From a virus (taxonomy: Duplodnaviria > Caudoviricetes), in IMG/VR virus record IMGVR_UViG_3300037756_000072, positions 1 through 43,531 of that record: a stretch of DNA of 43,531 bases; one strand, written 5' to 3'. Below the pieces are notes generated by a model. That model searched no databases. It saw only the letters and a list, made by a program, of their open reading frames with translations, and was not told the DNA's origin. Below are positions 35,325 to 43,190 of the stretch, one piece after another (the first letter of the stretch is position 1; every line of letters begins with the position of its first letter). The translations under genes were made by a program, and so were the position numbers.

Positions 35325-35325
35325 T

Positions 35326-36861
35326 TTACTTTCTCCTCTTGGCTTTGGGTTTGCGCTTGGGGGGCTGGCGGAGCGCGCGGGCCGTGGCCTTTGAAACCTT
35401 CGGCGCCGCGCGTTTCTTCGGGGCCTTCTTTTTCGGCTTCGCCGCCTTTTTCTTCGCGGGCTTCTTTTTTGCCGCGGCCATCGCGCGTGCCGGCGTCTTT
35501 TCTTTCGCCTCGAGCTCGGCGAGGGCCTCGTGCTCGAACTTCGGCATGTCGATGCCGTAGCGCTTCTCGAACCCGGCCAGGCGTTTGCGCACGAAGCCCT
35601 GCCAGCTTCCGCTGACATAGTAGCCGAACAACGCCAGCTCGAGCATGAGCGTGAGGAGCTCGGCCGCGGTCTTGGCGCGATCGATCAGCTTCTCGATGCC
35701 GGCGCCGGCCTTCACGCCGTGGCGCCCTAAGATGGCGTCGTGGTTGGTGTAGTCCTGGTCGGCGACGGCGTAGGCGATGAAGCGCAGGTCCTCGACGCCG
35801 AGTTTGGTTTTGGTGCGCACGAGCCCGACGGCGCGGTTCTCGGCCATGTCGTGCGCCAGGTGGTGCAGGTCGGGCCCGGGGTGCGCGAGGCCTACGCCGC
35901 GCAACTTGCCCTTCATCTTCGTTTTCGTTTTCGTTTTCTCGGGCGAATGGACCTTGCACTTTTTTCCGACGCAGACCATTTCGGTGTCGCCGGCGCGGTC
36001 GCGGTCGGTGTAGACGCCGACGGCGGCGGTGTCGCAGGCCTTGCCGCCGGCGAGCTTGTACTGGTCGCTGAAGAGCAGGCCCTTCCACGGCACGCTGCGG
36101 TAGAGGCCTGGGCCTTGCCAGGACTGGAACGAGGCGATCGGCACGCCGATCTGATTGTCGGCCTTGACGCCGGCGAGCGCGGCGCGCACGGCCTCGCGCG
36201 CGGCGGCGAGCTTGATCTCCGCGTCGACGAACTCGCGCGCTTCCAGGACCGTGGGGAAGCGCCCGTCGCGCTTCTTCGCGGCCGCGAAGTGCTTGACGAC
36301 GCGCGCCTGGTCGCCGTCGTTCAAGCGCGAGACCATGAGCGCGTGCTCGGTCGGGAGTGCGTCCTCGCGGAACACCTTCTGCGCGGCCGGCGCGAGCGCG
36401 CCGAGCGCGATGCGCTGGAGGACGTATTCGTAGCTCTTGCCGATTTTGTCGGCGACCTGATGGGGGGTGAGCTTCGCGATCTCGATCAGGCGCCTGTAGC
36501 CGGCGGCCTCGTCGAGCGGGTGGATGTCCTTGCGCTGCAGGTTATCGATGATCGCTATCTCGATCGCCTGCTCGTCGGTGAGCCGGCGGATGACGGCCGG
36601 CACGGTGTCGACGCCGGCGAGCTTCGCCGCGCGCATGCGCCGGCCGCCGGCGAGGACCTCGAACTTGCGCGGCGCCGCGGGGGAGCCGGGCGCCTGGCGC
36701 ACGGTGAGCGGGACGATGACGCCCTGCGCCTTGATCGAGGCGGCAAGCTCGGCGTCCTCGTCCGTGTCGACGTGCGTGCGCGGGTTGAACGGCGACTCGA
36801 CGAGCTGCGCGAGCGGTAGGTGTGTGAAGTCGATGGCGGCGGGGGTTGGGGCGGTGGTCAT
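35326..36861 (-). CDS. ParB/RepB/Spo0J-family protein with Lys/Ala-rich tail
   Basis: SPFNPR, ELAASIKAQGVIVPLTVR, AGGRRMRAA, DNLQRKDIHPLDEA and an HTH. Confidence 0.9.
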   Translation of the reverse strand: MTTAPTPAAIDFTHLPLAQLVESPFNPRTHVDTDEDAELAASIKAQGVIVPLTVRQAPGSPAAPRKFEVLAGGRRMRAAKLAGVDTVPAVIRRLTDEQAIEIAIIDNLQRKDIHPLDEAAGYRRLIEIAKLTPHQVADKIGKSYEYVLQRIALGALAPAAQKVFREDALPTEHALMVSRLNDGDQARVVKHFAAAKKRDGRFPTVLEAREFVDAEIKLAAAREAVRAALAGVKADNQIGVPIASFQSWQGPGLYRSVPWKGLLFSDQYKLAGGKACDTAAVGVYTDRDRAGDTEMVCVGKKCKVHSPEKTKTKTKMKGKLRGVGLAHPGPDLHHLAHDMAENRAVGLVRTKTKLGVEDLRFIAYAVADQDYTNHDAILGRHGVKAGAGIEKLIDRAKTAAELLTLMLELALFGYYVSGSWQGFVRKRLAGFEKRYGIDMPKFEHEALAELEAKEKTPARAMAAAKKKPAKKKAAKPKKKAPKKRAAPKVSKATARALRQPPKRKPKAKRRK

Positions 36862-36884
36862 TGTCTTTCGATTCCTTTTGGTTG

Positions 36885-36910
36885 GCCGACTGTAGACGTC
36901 TACAGTCGGC
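36885..36910. repeat. Perfect 26-bp palindrome
   Basis: GCCGACTGTAGACGTCTACAGTCGGC directly upstream of the parB-like gene. Confidence 0.9.
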
Positions 36911-36986
36911 GATTGTTAGTTCAAGACGCTGTGCGCTCGGTGGCGGTCTGCATGTGTCTGGTTCCTTTTCAGTGGCGGCGCCTGTT

Positions 36987-37265
36987 TCAGCGCACGATGT
37001 GGGCGGCGTCGTGTGTTTGCACGGCAATCGCAGGGTGCGCTATCACAGCGCGGATCTGGCAGCCGAGTACGGTCCACTGTTCGGTGTCGCCGCAGACGCG
37101 CACGGCCCAATTCGATTCGCCGCGCGTCTTGAAACCGACCAGGTTGACGTCCTGAACCACGGTACAGCGGCCGGTCAGGCGCTTGATCTGGCGGTCGTCC
37201 AGCGCGGATATCCAATCTTTTAGGATGACGGTTCCGTAAAAGTCTTTATTTGTGTATTTGGGCAT
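36987..37265 (-). CDS. Hypothetical protein
   Basis: 92-aa ORF with a globular, lower-GC sequence. Confidence 0.6.
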   Translation of the reverse strand: MPKYTNKDFYGTVILKDWISALDDRQIKRLTGRCTVVQDVNLVGFKTRGESNWAVRVCGDTEQWTVLGCQIRAVIAHPAIAVQTHDAAHIVR

Positions 37266-37309
37266 ACGCTTTGTCTTCTCATGTGGTTTGTCCTTGGCCG
37301 GGGGGGAGG

Positions 37310-37327
37310 GGTCTAGACGTCTAGACC
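37310..37327. repeat. Perfect 18-bp palindrome sharing the TAGACGTCTA core
   Basis: GGTCTAGACGTCTAGACC. Confidence 0.9.
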
Positions 37328-37478
37328 GGGGCGGCGGCGCGTGGCGCACGGCGCACCGGCGTCCTGGCGCAGTTCGTCGCGCAGGATGTCGGCGCGCCAT
37401 TGCAGTGTTTGCGCGCGCTCGCGGTAGGCGAGGGCCTCGTGCAGAAGGTCCGCGCGGCTGCGCTCGCAGATCTGCGCG

Positions 37479-37829
37479 TCAATCCGGAGGCTGCGCGCGC
37501 GGCGCTCGTAGCGCCGGGCCTTGACGCGCCGCCATGCGCTCGTCCAGCGGTGACGTAGACGTGAAGCTGATCGAGTCGGCGTAGTAGTTGGCACTGAACA
37601 TCGCTCCCACGGCGCGCAGGTATTTGAGATGCGTTTGGGCTGGGGCGTCCTCTCCGCGGTGCGCCGTGCGTTCGGCGGCGAGGACGATGAGTCGTTGGAT
37701 GCGTTCGAGGCGCTCCCAGACAACGGGGCGCTTGAGTAGCGCGACCATCACGTGGAGGCGCGGGAGCCGCGGGCGCAGGTCGCGCGGGCGGCCGCGGCGC
37801 TCGAGTCTGTGGGCGGGGATGGCGCGCAT
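37479..37829 (-). CDS. Hypothetical protein
   Basis: Start overlaps the stop of the upstream gene (TAATG). Confidence 0.45.
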   Translation of the reverse strand: MRAIPAHRLERRGRPRDLRPRLPRLHVMVALLKRPVVWERLERIQRLIVLAAERTAHRGEDAPAQTHLKYLRAVGAMFSANYYADSISFTSTSPLDERMAARQGPALRAPRAQPPD

Positions 37830-38134
37830 TAGAGGCTGGACCCCTTCAGGTAAACGCGCATGACGCCGGACGTGATCGAGCGCGATCGCCCGCTCGGTAG
37901 CGGGCGGCCGTCATGGGAGAGGAGCTGGATTACGAGGCGTGTGCGGCCGCGATTGTCGCGCCGAATGTCCAGCACGCGGGCACGGTACGAACCGCGCGTG
38001 CCCTGACGCTTCCAGTCGATCTCGTCGCGAATCGCCACAGGTGTCGGCATTCGCCGGTTACCGGATTCGTCATAGGCCAGGATCGTGGGCTCTTCAGGAT
38101 GGCTCGCTATTTCCTTGATGGTGTCGGGACCCAT
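37829..38134 (-). CDS. First gene of the PL operon, hypothetical
   Basis: ATG 7 nt below the PL -10 element (leaderless-like). Confidence 0.5.
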   Translation of the reverse strand: MGPDTIKEIASHPEEPTILAYDESGNRRMPTPVAIRDEIDWKRQGTRGSYRARVLDIRRDNRGRTRLVIQLLSHDGRPLPSGRSRSITSGVMRVYLKGSSL

Positions 38135-38140
38135 ACCTTG

Positions 38141-38182
38141 ACAATAGCAATGCTATTATTACTAGTCAATAGCGGAGCTAGT
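38141..38182 (-). promoter_or_regulatory. PL promoter with operators OL1/OL2
   Basis: TTGACT-17-TATTGT; AATAGCAATGCTATT (38143-57) and AATAGCGGAGCTAGT (38168-82). Confidence 0.85.
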
Positions 38183-38230
38183 GCGGCCGCAGAACCGGAG
38201 GACTGCGCCCTGTATTAACTGAGAGGTAAC

Positions 38231-38713
38231 CTACTTTTTGCCTGCCGGCGCAGCGTTTTCAGCAGTTTGGCGGCGAGCGGGTGCGCGCGATTGATTCGCG
38301 AGATTACGAAGCAATCGAAAGACCGTATCGGTGAGACCGACTCTCTCGAGCTGGTCGTAGAGACGCATCCATGCAAGTCGTTTTGGACTGGTGTCGGTAC
38401 CCGGCGGTGGCGATCCATGCCGGCCGACTTCTTCGGCGAGGTGTTGTTGCGGCGACGGGAGTTGCTCGGCGAGCCGTGGCGATATCTCCGCCACGTCGAT
38501 CTGCAGCACCCGTGCGATTTGGATGGCCGCCCGCAGGTTGAGCGGTATTCGGCCGCGCAGATATTGGCTGAAGGCTCCCTGCGTGCTCCAGCCACATAGC
38601 GTGGCGACTTCTTCTTGTGTTAGCCCCAGCGCGTGGCGCCGGCGATTCCACTCACGTTGAAGCCGCTTAACATCGGCGAGCTCTACATCAGTGAGTGGTC
38701 GGCGGCGGGCCAT
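38231..38713 (-). CDS. cI: CI-like repressor (lambda-type HTH, no S24 peptidase domain)
   Basis: RRPLT...RL...LGLTQEEVA...TQGAFSQYLRGRIPLN...EISPRLA, closely resembling the lambda CI N-domain; divergent from cro. Confidence 0.88.
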   Translation of the reverse strand: MARRRPLTDVELADVKRLQREWNRRRHALGLTQEEVATLCGWSTQGAFSQYLRGRIPLNLRAAIQIARVLQIDVAEISPRLAEQLPSPQQHLAEEVGRHGSPPPGTDTSPKRLAWMRLYDQLERVGLTDTVFRLLRNLANQSRAPARRQTAENAAPAGKK

Positions 38714-38720
38714 ATAAATC

Positions 38721-38791
38721 AGCTTAGTAGCCGGGCTATTGGCCGCGCAACGAGCTGCGCTATTGATATGTTGTAATAGCATTGCTATTCT
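38721..38791. promoter_or_regulatory. PRM/PR divergent promoters with operators OR1-3
   Basis: PR TTGATA-17-TATTCT; PRM TTGCGC-18-TAAGCT; AATAGC-N3-GCTATT-type sites at 38726-40, 38750-64 and 38775-89. Confidence 0.85.
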
Positions 38792-38800
38792 TTTGGCGGC

Positions 38801-39034
38801 ATGAACCTAAAGACCTACCTGAACGCGAATGAAATTACGCAAGCCGAATTCGCGCGCCGCATGACCCTGGCTGGGTATCGGTGCAGCGCTGGGCTCGTGT
38901 CGCAGTGGGTGAACGGCACCACCGCCATCACGGCGGCGCGCGCCGTGCAGATCGAAGAGGTGACGTCGCTTGACGTACCTCGAGAGGAGAGCCGAGCCGA
39001 TCTGTTCAACCGCGAGCGTGCGGCGGTCGCGTGA
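38801..39034 (+). CDS. cro: Cro-like repressor
   Basis: ITQAEFA...VSQWVNG...RAVQIE..T...V.RE..R.DLF (Cro/YdaS-like). Confidence 0.88.
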   Translation: MNLKTYLNANEITQAEFARRMTLAGYRCSAGLVSQWVNGTTAITAARAVQIEEVTSLDVPREESRADLFNRERAAVA

Positions 39035-39100
39035 CGATGCGCTTTCTCATTTGGTTTTTTCGCGATGTCCTCCTCCTAGTAGTTCCATCGGATGATGGTT

Positions 39101-39135
39101 GCCGCCTGGCCGTTACGGCAGGCGGCCTTTTTTTT
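39101..39135 (+). terminator. tR1-like intrinsic terminator
   Basis: GCCGCCTG/CAGGCGGC stem followed by T8. Confidence 0.8.
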
Positions 39136-39159
39136 ATCCGAAGGAGTGGAGGTTAAGCG

Positions 39160-39405
39160 ATGAGCGTTCGCGGGAAAGAGGTGCGGCCGTTTCTCGACCC
39201 CGACATGCACGAGAAGCTCGCGATCATGGCGGAGTACAAGGACGGGATGCAGCTCAACGAGCTCGCCGCACGGTTGCTGGAGAAGCAGATTGCCGCTGAA
39301 TGGCATGAGATCAGTGTACTGATCGCGCGCTCCGAGCGCCTCGGAAAGCGGTGGAAAGCGGTGGAAAGCGGTGGAAAGCGGTGGAAAATTGCGGACACCT
39401 CGTGA
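39160..39405 (+). CDS. CII-position DNA-binding protein
   Basis: GGAGG RBS; RHH-like pattern; follows cro and tR1. Confidence 0.65.
   Translation: MSVRGKEVRPFLDPDMHEKLAIMAEYKDGMQLNELAARLLEKQIAAEWHEISVLIARSERLGKRWKAVESGGKRWKIADTS
39343..39387 (+). repeat. 10-bp tandem repeat (GGAAAGCGGT) x4.5
   Basis: Read directly from the sequence. Confidence 0.95.
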
Positions 39406-39911
39406 TGCGCCGCCCGTGGAAACGCGCGGAGCTGGCGCGGCTGCGGCGGCAATACGCGGACACGCCGGCGAAGCAAATCGCCGAGCGGCTGCGGCGCACG
39501 GTGCCCGACGTCTACCACCAGGCCAAGTTGCTCGAACTGCGCAAGAGCCAGGGCTTCTATCGGCGCCGGATGCGTGCGTACATCGTCAAGCACGGGCCGC
39601 TCCACGGAGCACCGTGGACGCGTGCGCAACGTGCGTTGCTGCGCACTCTGTACCCGCACCAGCCGACCGCCGAGGTGGCGCGGCGCTGCGGGCACTCAGT
39701 GCCGAGCACCAGCAATACCGCACGACACCTCGGCCTGAGAAAATCAAAAGCCTATCTCGCGAGCCCGGCCGCGTGCCGGCTGCGCCGTGGCGACGCCGTC
39801 GGCGCCGCGTACCGGTTTCAGAAAGGGCATGTGCCGGCGAACAAACGCTGGCTCATCCAGATGGCGCTCGACCCCGCGCGTGTATACGGCGACGTGGTGG
39901 ACCCGTCGTGA
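39405..39911 (+). CDS. DNA-binding protein resembling the N-terminal part of phage HNH endonucleases
   Basis: Two W-x-x-x-x-x-x-x-L...Y...IA..L HTH repeats and RFQKGHVPANK; no HNH domain follows. Confidence 0.6.
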   Translation: MRRPWKRAELARLRRQYADTPAKQIAERLRRTVPDVYHQAKLLELRKSQGFYRRRMRAYIVKHGPLHGAPWTRAQRALLRTLYPHQPTAEVARRCGHSVPSTSNTARHLGLRKSKAYLASPAACRLRRGDAVGAAYRFQKGHVPANKRWLIQMALDPARVYGDVVDPS

Positions 39912-40156
39912 GGGCCGGCAGTCATCACGACCCGGCGGTGCGCGCCAAGATGAGCGCCGCGAGCAAGCGCGCCCTGGCCGACCCGGCGGTGCGCGCCAAG
40001 ATGAGCGCCGCACGCAAGCGCGCCTGGGCCGACCGTGACGCGATCGAGGAGTTGCGCCACGCCGGGTCGCGCAAAGTTGCCAACGGTCATGTCGCCGTGC
40101 CCGCCGCCCGCACTGCAATCGACGCGTTCCTGCGCCGTCGCGCTGAGCGGCCATGA
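39908..40156 (+). CDS. Small NUMOD3-like repeat protein
   Basis: DPAVRAKMSAA-x-KRA-x-A twice (51-bp direct repeat at 39928 and 39979). Confidence 0.5.
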   Translation: MRAGSHHDPAVRAKMSAASKRALADPAVRAKMSAARKRAWADRDAIEELRHAGSRKVANGHVAVPAARTAIDAFLRRRAERP

Positions 40157-40264
40157 GCGCCCGGTCGCCGCTCTCGATCGCGGCGCTGCGCGCGCACATA
40201 CTGAAAGCCGGCGACGTCGGGCGGTGGCTGTTGGATCAATGGTCAAACGCGGAGGAGTAAGACG

Positions 40265-40645
40265 ATGCAAGAACACACTGACATACCGGCGCCAAAAGCC
40301 GTCCTTGGAAAAGATCGGATCCAGGCCACGGTCACCGTGGGCGGCAAGACGATAGACGCGACGAAGGCGCTCGCCAAGGCGTCGGCGAAGCGCGCCGCCG
40401 GCGACGCCGCGCGCGATGTGATCAACGTCTCGGAGATCAAGCAGAGCATCAACGAGCTGCTCGCGCTTCACGCACGCGCCAAGGATGCGTCCGCGTGCTA
40501 CAAAGACGCGATCGACGCCGTCGCCGCGAAGGCGGGTGTCGGCAAGAGGGTGCTGCGCGCCTACGTCAAGGCGCGCGCGCACGACAAGGTCAAGGAAGCC
40601 CACGCCGGCGCCGAGCAGCTGTCGCTGCTGTTCGAAGAGATCTAG
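40265..40645 (+). CDS. Hypothetical protein, possibly GapR-like DNA-binding
   Basis: GGAGGAG RBS; helical AVAAKAGV.K.VLRAYVKAR segment. Confidence 0.65.
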   Translation: MQEHTDIPAPKAVLGKDRIQATVTVGGKTIDATKALAKASAKRAAGDAARDVINVSEIKQSINELLALHARAKDASACYKDAIDAVAAKAGVGKRVLRAYVKARAHDKVKEAHAGAEQLSLLFEEI

Positions 40646-40662
40646 GGCGGAGATTATGCGCG

Positions 40663-41502
40663 ATGGCGTCACCCATATTTTCGGAGGTGCTCAAATACTC
40701 CGAAGCAACAAAAGGCGATCGGCTCGTGATACTCGCGCTGGCTGACGAGGCCGGCAAGGAAACACGCGAGGCACGCTGCAGCATCGGCCTCCTTGCCGCG
40801 CACGCGAAACTGTCCGAGCGTGCGGTGCAGTATTCGCTGCGCCGTTTGGTGAAGATGGGCGAGGTGTCGATCGTGAGCGACGGCGGCGGGCGCAACTGTG
40901 TGGCCGTCTACCGGATCAACGAGCTGCCGGTCGAAGAAAAGGGTGCAAGAGTTGCACCCTTTTCCGCTGGAAACGGTGCAACTCTTGCACCCTTTAATGC
41001 ACCGGAAAGGGTGCAAACGGCGACCGGAAAGGGTGCAAACGGCGACACAGAAAGGGTGCAAACGGCGACAGACTCCTTATTCCGGAATATTATTCCGTTA
41101 CTTCCCAATATGTCGAGCAACGCTTCGCGCGGCTCGACTGCTCGCGACCAGGCGAAGGCAATCCTCGCCGAGCTCAACCGCCGGACCTTCAAGCAGCCGA
41201 ACCGCGGCTTCCCACCGACGGACGCAAACCTCGACCTCATCGTCGCGCGAATTCGGGAGACCGACGTCGAGCGCACGTTCAACACGATGGTGCGGATGAT
41301 CCTCAAGTGGTGGGGCACCGACATGCAGGAGTTTCTGCGGCCAGCCACCATCTTCGGCCAGCAGAAGTTCTCGCAATACGTCGGCGAGCTCGGGACGCCG
41401 GTGCGACGCCCCGACGGGCGGCCGGTGAAGGTGGCGTTTACGCCTGAGCAGCTGCAGCGCATTACCGCACCGCTCGGCGATTGCGCGCAGGTGACTCGAT
41501 GA
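40663..41502 (+). CDS. Replication initiator (O-like)
   Basis: N-terminal wHTH (LVILALAD...SI..LA...LSERAVQ..LRRL), central iterons, C-terminal W..M..FLRPATIFG..KF..Y domain. Confidence 0.88.
   Translation: MASPIFSEVLKYSEATKGDRLVILALADEAGKETREARCSIGLLAAHAKLSERAVQYSLRRLVKMGEVSIVSDGGGRNCVAVYRINELPVEEKGARVAPFSAGNGATLAPFNAPERVQTATGKGANGDTERVQTATDSLFRNIIPLLPNMSSNASRGSTARDQAKAILAELNRRTFKQPNRGFPPTDANLDLIVARIRETDVERTFNTMVRMILKWWGTDMQEFLRPATIFGQQKFSQYVGELGTPVRRPDGRPVKVAFTPEQLQRITAPLGDCAQVTR
40937..41111. repeat. Replication origin: iterons plus AT-rich tract
   Basis: AAAGGGTGCAA units as two inverted pairs (40937-63, 40970-95) and three direct GAAAGGGTGCAAACGGCGAC copies (41005, 41027, 41050), then an AT-rich segment. 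Confidence 0.85.
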
Positions 41503-41834
41503 CGGCGATCCAGAAATGCGCGGGGTGCAACGCCGTGTTGCCGGCGCCGGGTGCGCCGTGCGACGTGTGCGGCGTTACACCGAAGCCGCCGCGCCAGGAG
41601 CCGCCGAGCGATGAATTCGTGTATGGCCCCGGGCCGCCGCAGCCCGGCACGCCGTTGCGGCGCGCGTTCGCCGATGAGCTCCAGCGCGAACGTGGGTGGA
41701 TCAACGAATACCGCGCGGCACACTCCGGTGTCAGTGTCAGGACGGCCGCGTTAGAGTACCTGCGCGAGCACCCGAAGCGCACGTCCGGCAATGTAGGCAA
41801 GCACGCCGCGGCCGCGCTCGGGGGGAGCCGATGA
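41499..41834 (+). CDS. Zinc-ribbon hypothetical protein
   Basis: CAGC...CDVC; ATGA overlaps. Confidence 0.6.
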   Translation: MTAIQKCAGCNAVLPAPGAPCDVCGVTPKPPRQEPPSDEFVYGPGPPQPGTPLRRAFADELQRERGWINEYRAAHSGVSVRTAALEYLREHPKRTSGNVGKHAAAALGGSR

Positions 41835-42076
41835 GCCGCACGTACGACCTGCCGCTCGACATTCCGCTCGGCAAGAGCCCGGAACAGATTTTCGAGCACG
41901 CGGAAGCGAAGCGTCCACGCCAATACGCGATGGACATTTTCAAGCGCTACCCCGAGCACGAGCGGATGCAGCAGGTCGACCGCCTGGTGCCGCCATACTT
42001 TCGCGCAGCGGTGCGTCAGTACCTGCAGATCGCGGCCATGCGCGCAAACGCAATGCGCGCGGCCGAGGGGCGCTGA
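41831..42076 (+). CDS. Hypothetical protein
   Basis: GGAG RBS; overlaps both neighbours. Confidence 0.65.
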   Translation: MSRTYDLPLDIPLGKSPEQIFEHAEAKRPRQYAMDIFKRYPEHERMQQVDRLVPPYFRAAVRQYLQIAAMRANAMRAAEGR

Positions 42077-42789
42077 TGGTGGTGGACAGCGCCGCCTGCC
42101 CGACGGTCAAACCGAGCACGCTCGAGGCGATGGAGCGCTGGGTGCGCTGGCGCAACGGAGTCGGCCCCCCAGGCGGGACGAGCGGGCAACGCGTCGGCGG
42201 CGGAGGCAATCTCCTGGGGCGCTTGCAGGCCGCGCGTCGGCACAAGACGTGTCCACACTGCCACGGCGCGAAGCGCATCCGCGTGCCGGGCAATCCCGTG
42301 CAGCGCACGTGCCCGAGCTGTGGCGGGTCCGGCACAGTGCCCGAGGACCTCAAGACGAGAGACCGTTTCCGGCTCGTGCCGTGCGATGCATGCAGGAGCA
42401 TTGAGCCCAATGGCGAGCGTGGCCGGCCGACCGGCGAGGTTAACGGTAACGGGCGCACGTGCATCAGGTGCAAGGGCAGTGGCGAGCGCTTGATGGCCGA
42501 GCGCTACGTGCACCCCGCAACGATTCCGGGCACACGCATTTTTGGGCGCGACGACCCCGACCCGATCGCCGCGCTCATCAACCGCACCGTCATCGGCTGG
42601 CAGTACGCGGACCAGACGTGGTGGATGTATCGAGTCGTGATGGAGCGCTACTGCCCGGACGGGCCCGAGGATGGGCGGAGCACGCAGGAGTGCATGGCGG
42701 CGATAGCCGGTATCTCGCCTCAGTTTTTCGGAAAAATGCTTAAACAAGCGCACCTGCGCATCCAGGAGGCGCTAGAAACGCGGGTTTAA
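42076..42789 (+). CDS. Q-like late antiterminator with DnaJ-type zinc-finger insertion
   Basis: ERW..W N-terminus, four CxxC(xGxG) motifs, C-terminal HTH (TQ..MA..AGIS...ML..AH..I); last gene before the late region. Confidence 0.65.
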   Translation: MVVDSAACPTVKPSTLEAMERWVRWRNGVGPPGGTSGQRVGGGGNLLGRLQAARRHKTCPHCHGAKRIRVPGNPVQRTCPSCGGSGTVPEDLKTRDRFRLVPCDACRSIEPNGERGRPTGEVNGNGRTCIRCKGSGERLMAERYVHPATIPGTRIFGRDDPDPIAALINRTVIGWQYADQTWWMYRVVMERYCPDGPEDGRSTQECMAAIAGISPQFFGKMLKQAHLRIQEALETRV

Positions 42790-42891
42790 ACCGTGGGTAT
42801 TGACCTAGACATTTAGAATGTGCGATTATTTTTCTAGGTTGGTCGTGGTGTCTCTGCAAACCAGCCGACAACAACGGAAAGGGGGAGACAC

Positions 42892-43128
42892 ATGGATGCA
42901 GCCATTCTTGAGTTAGTCATTTTTGCCGTTCTGGCGATCTACTTCGTACCGCTCGTTGTGGCCGCTGCGCGCAAGCACCGATCCGTCGGCGCGATCGCGT
43001 TCGTGAATATCGTCCTCGGCTGGAGCGTGGTCGGCTGGTTATGGGCCATGATCTGGTCGCTCACCGGCAACGTGCGCGAGCCCGAGAAGATGCCGGCCGC
43101 GGGCCCGAGTGGCGAGCGGCTGAAATAA
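42892..43128 (+). CDS. Superinfection immunity protein (T4 Imm family)
   Basis: YFVP.VVA..RKH....I..VN..LGWS.VGW..A.IW signature. Confidence 0.88.
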   Translation: MDAAILELVIFAVLAIYFVPLVVAAARKHRSVGAIAFVNIVLGWSVVGWLWAMIWSLTGNVREPEKMPAAGPSGERLK

Positions 43129-43149
43129 CAGACGCTATCCCGTTCAACG

Positions 43150-43182
43150 AAACCCGACCGTGGCAGCACGGCCGGGTTTTTT
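43150..43182 (+). terminator. Intrinsic terminator (tR'-like)
   Basis: AAACCCG-A-CCGTG/CACGG-C-CGGGTTT stem followed by a T-tract. Confidence 0.75.
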
Positions 43183-43190
43183 ATCGACCA

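Noticed and set aside
39343-41069. Short repeats as a possible CRISPR array
   Set aside because: No unique spacers of CRISPR length and no cas genes; explained as a tandem repeat, a coding repeat and iterons.
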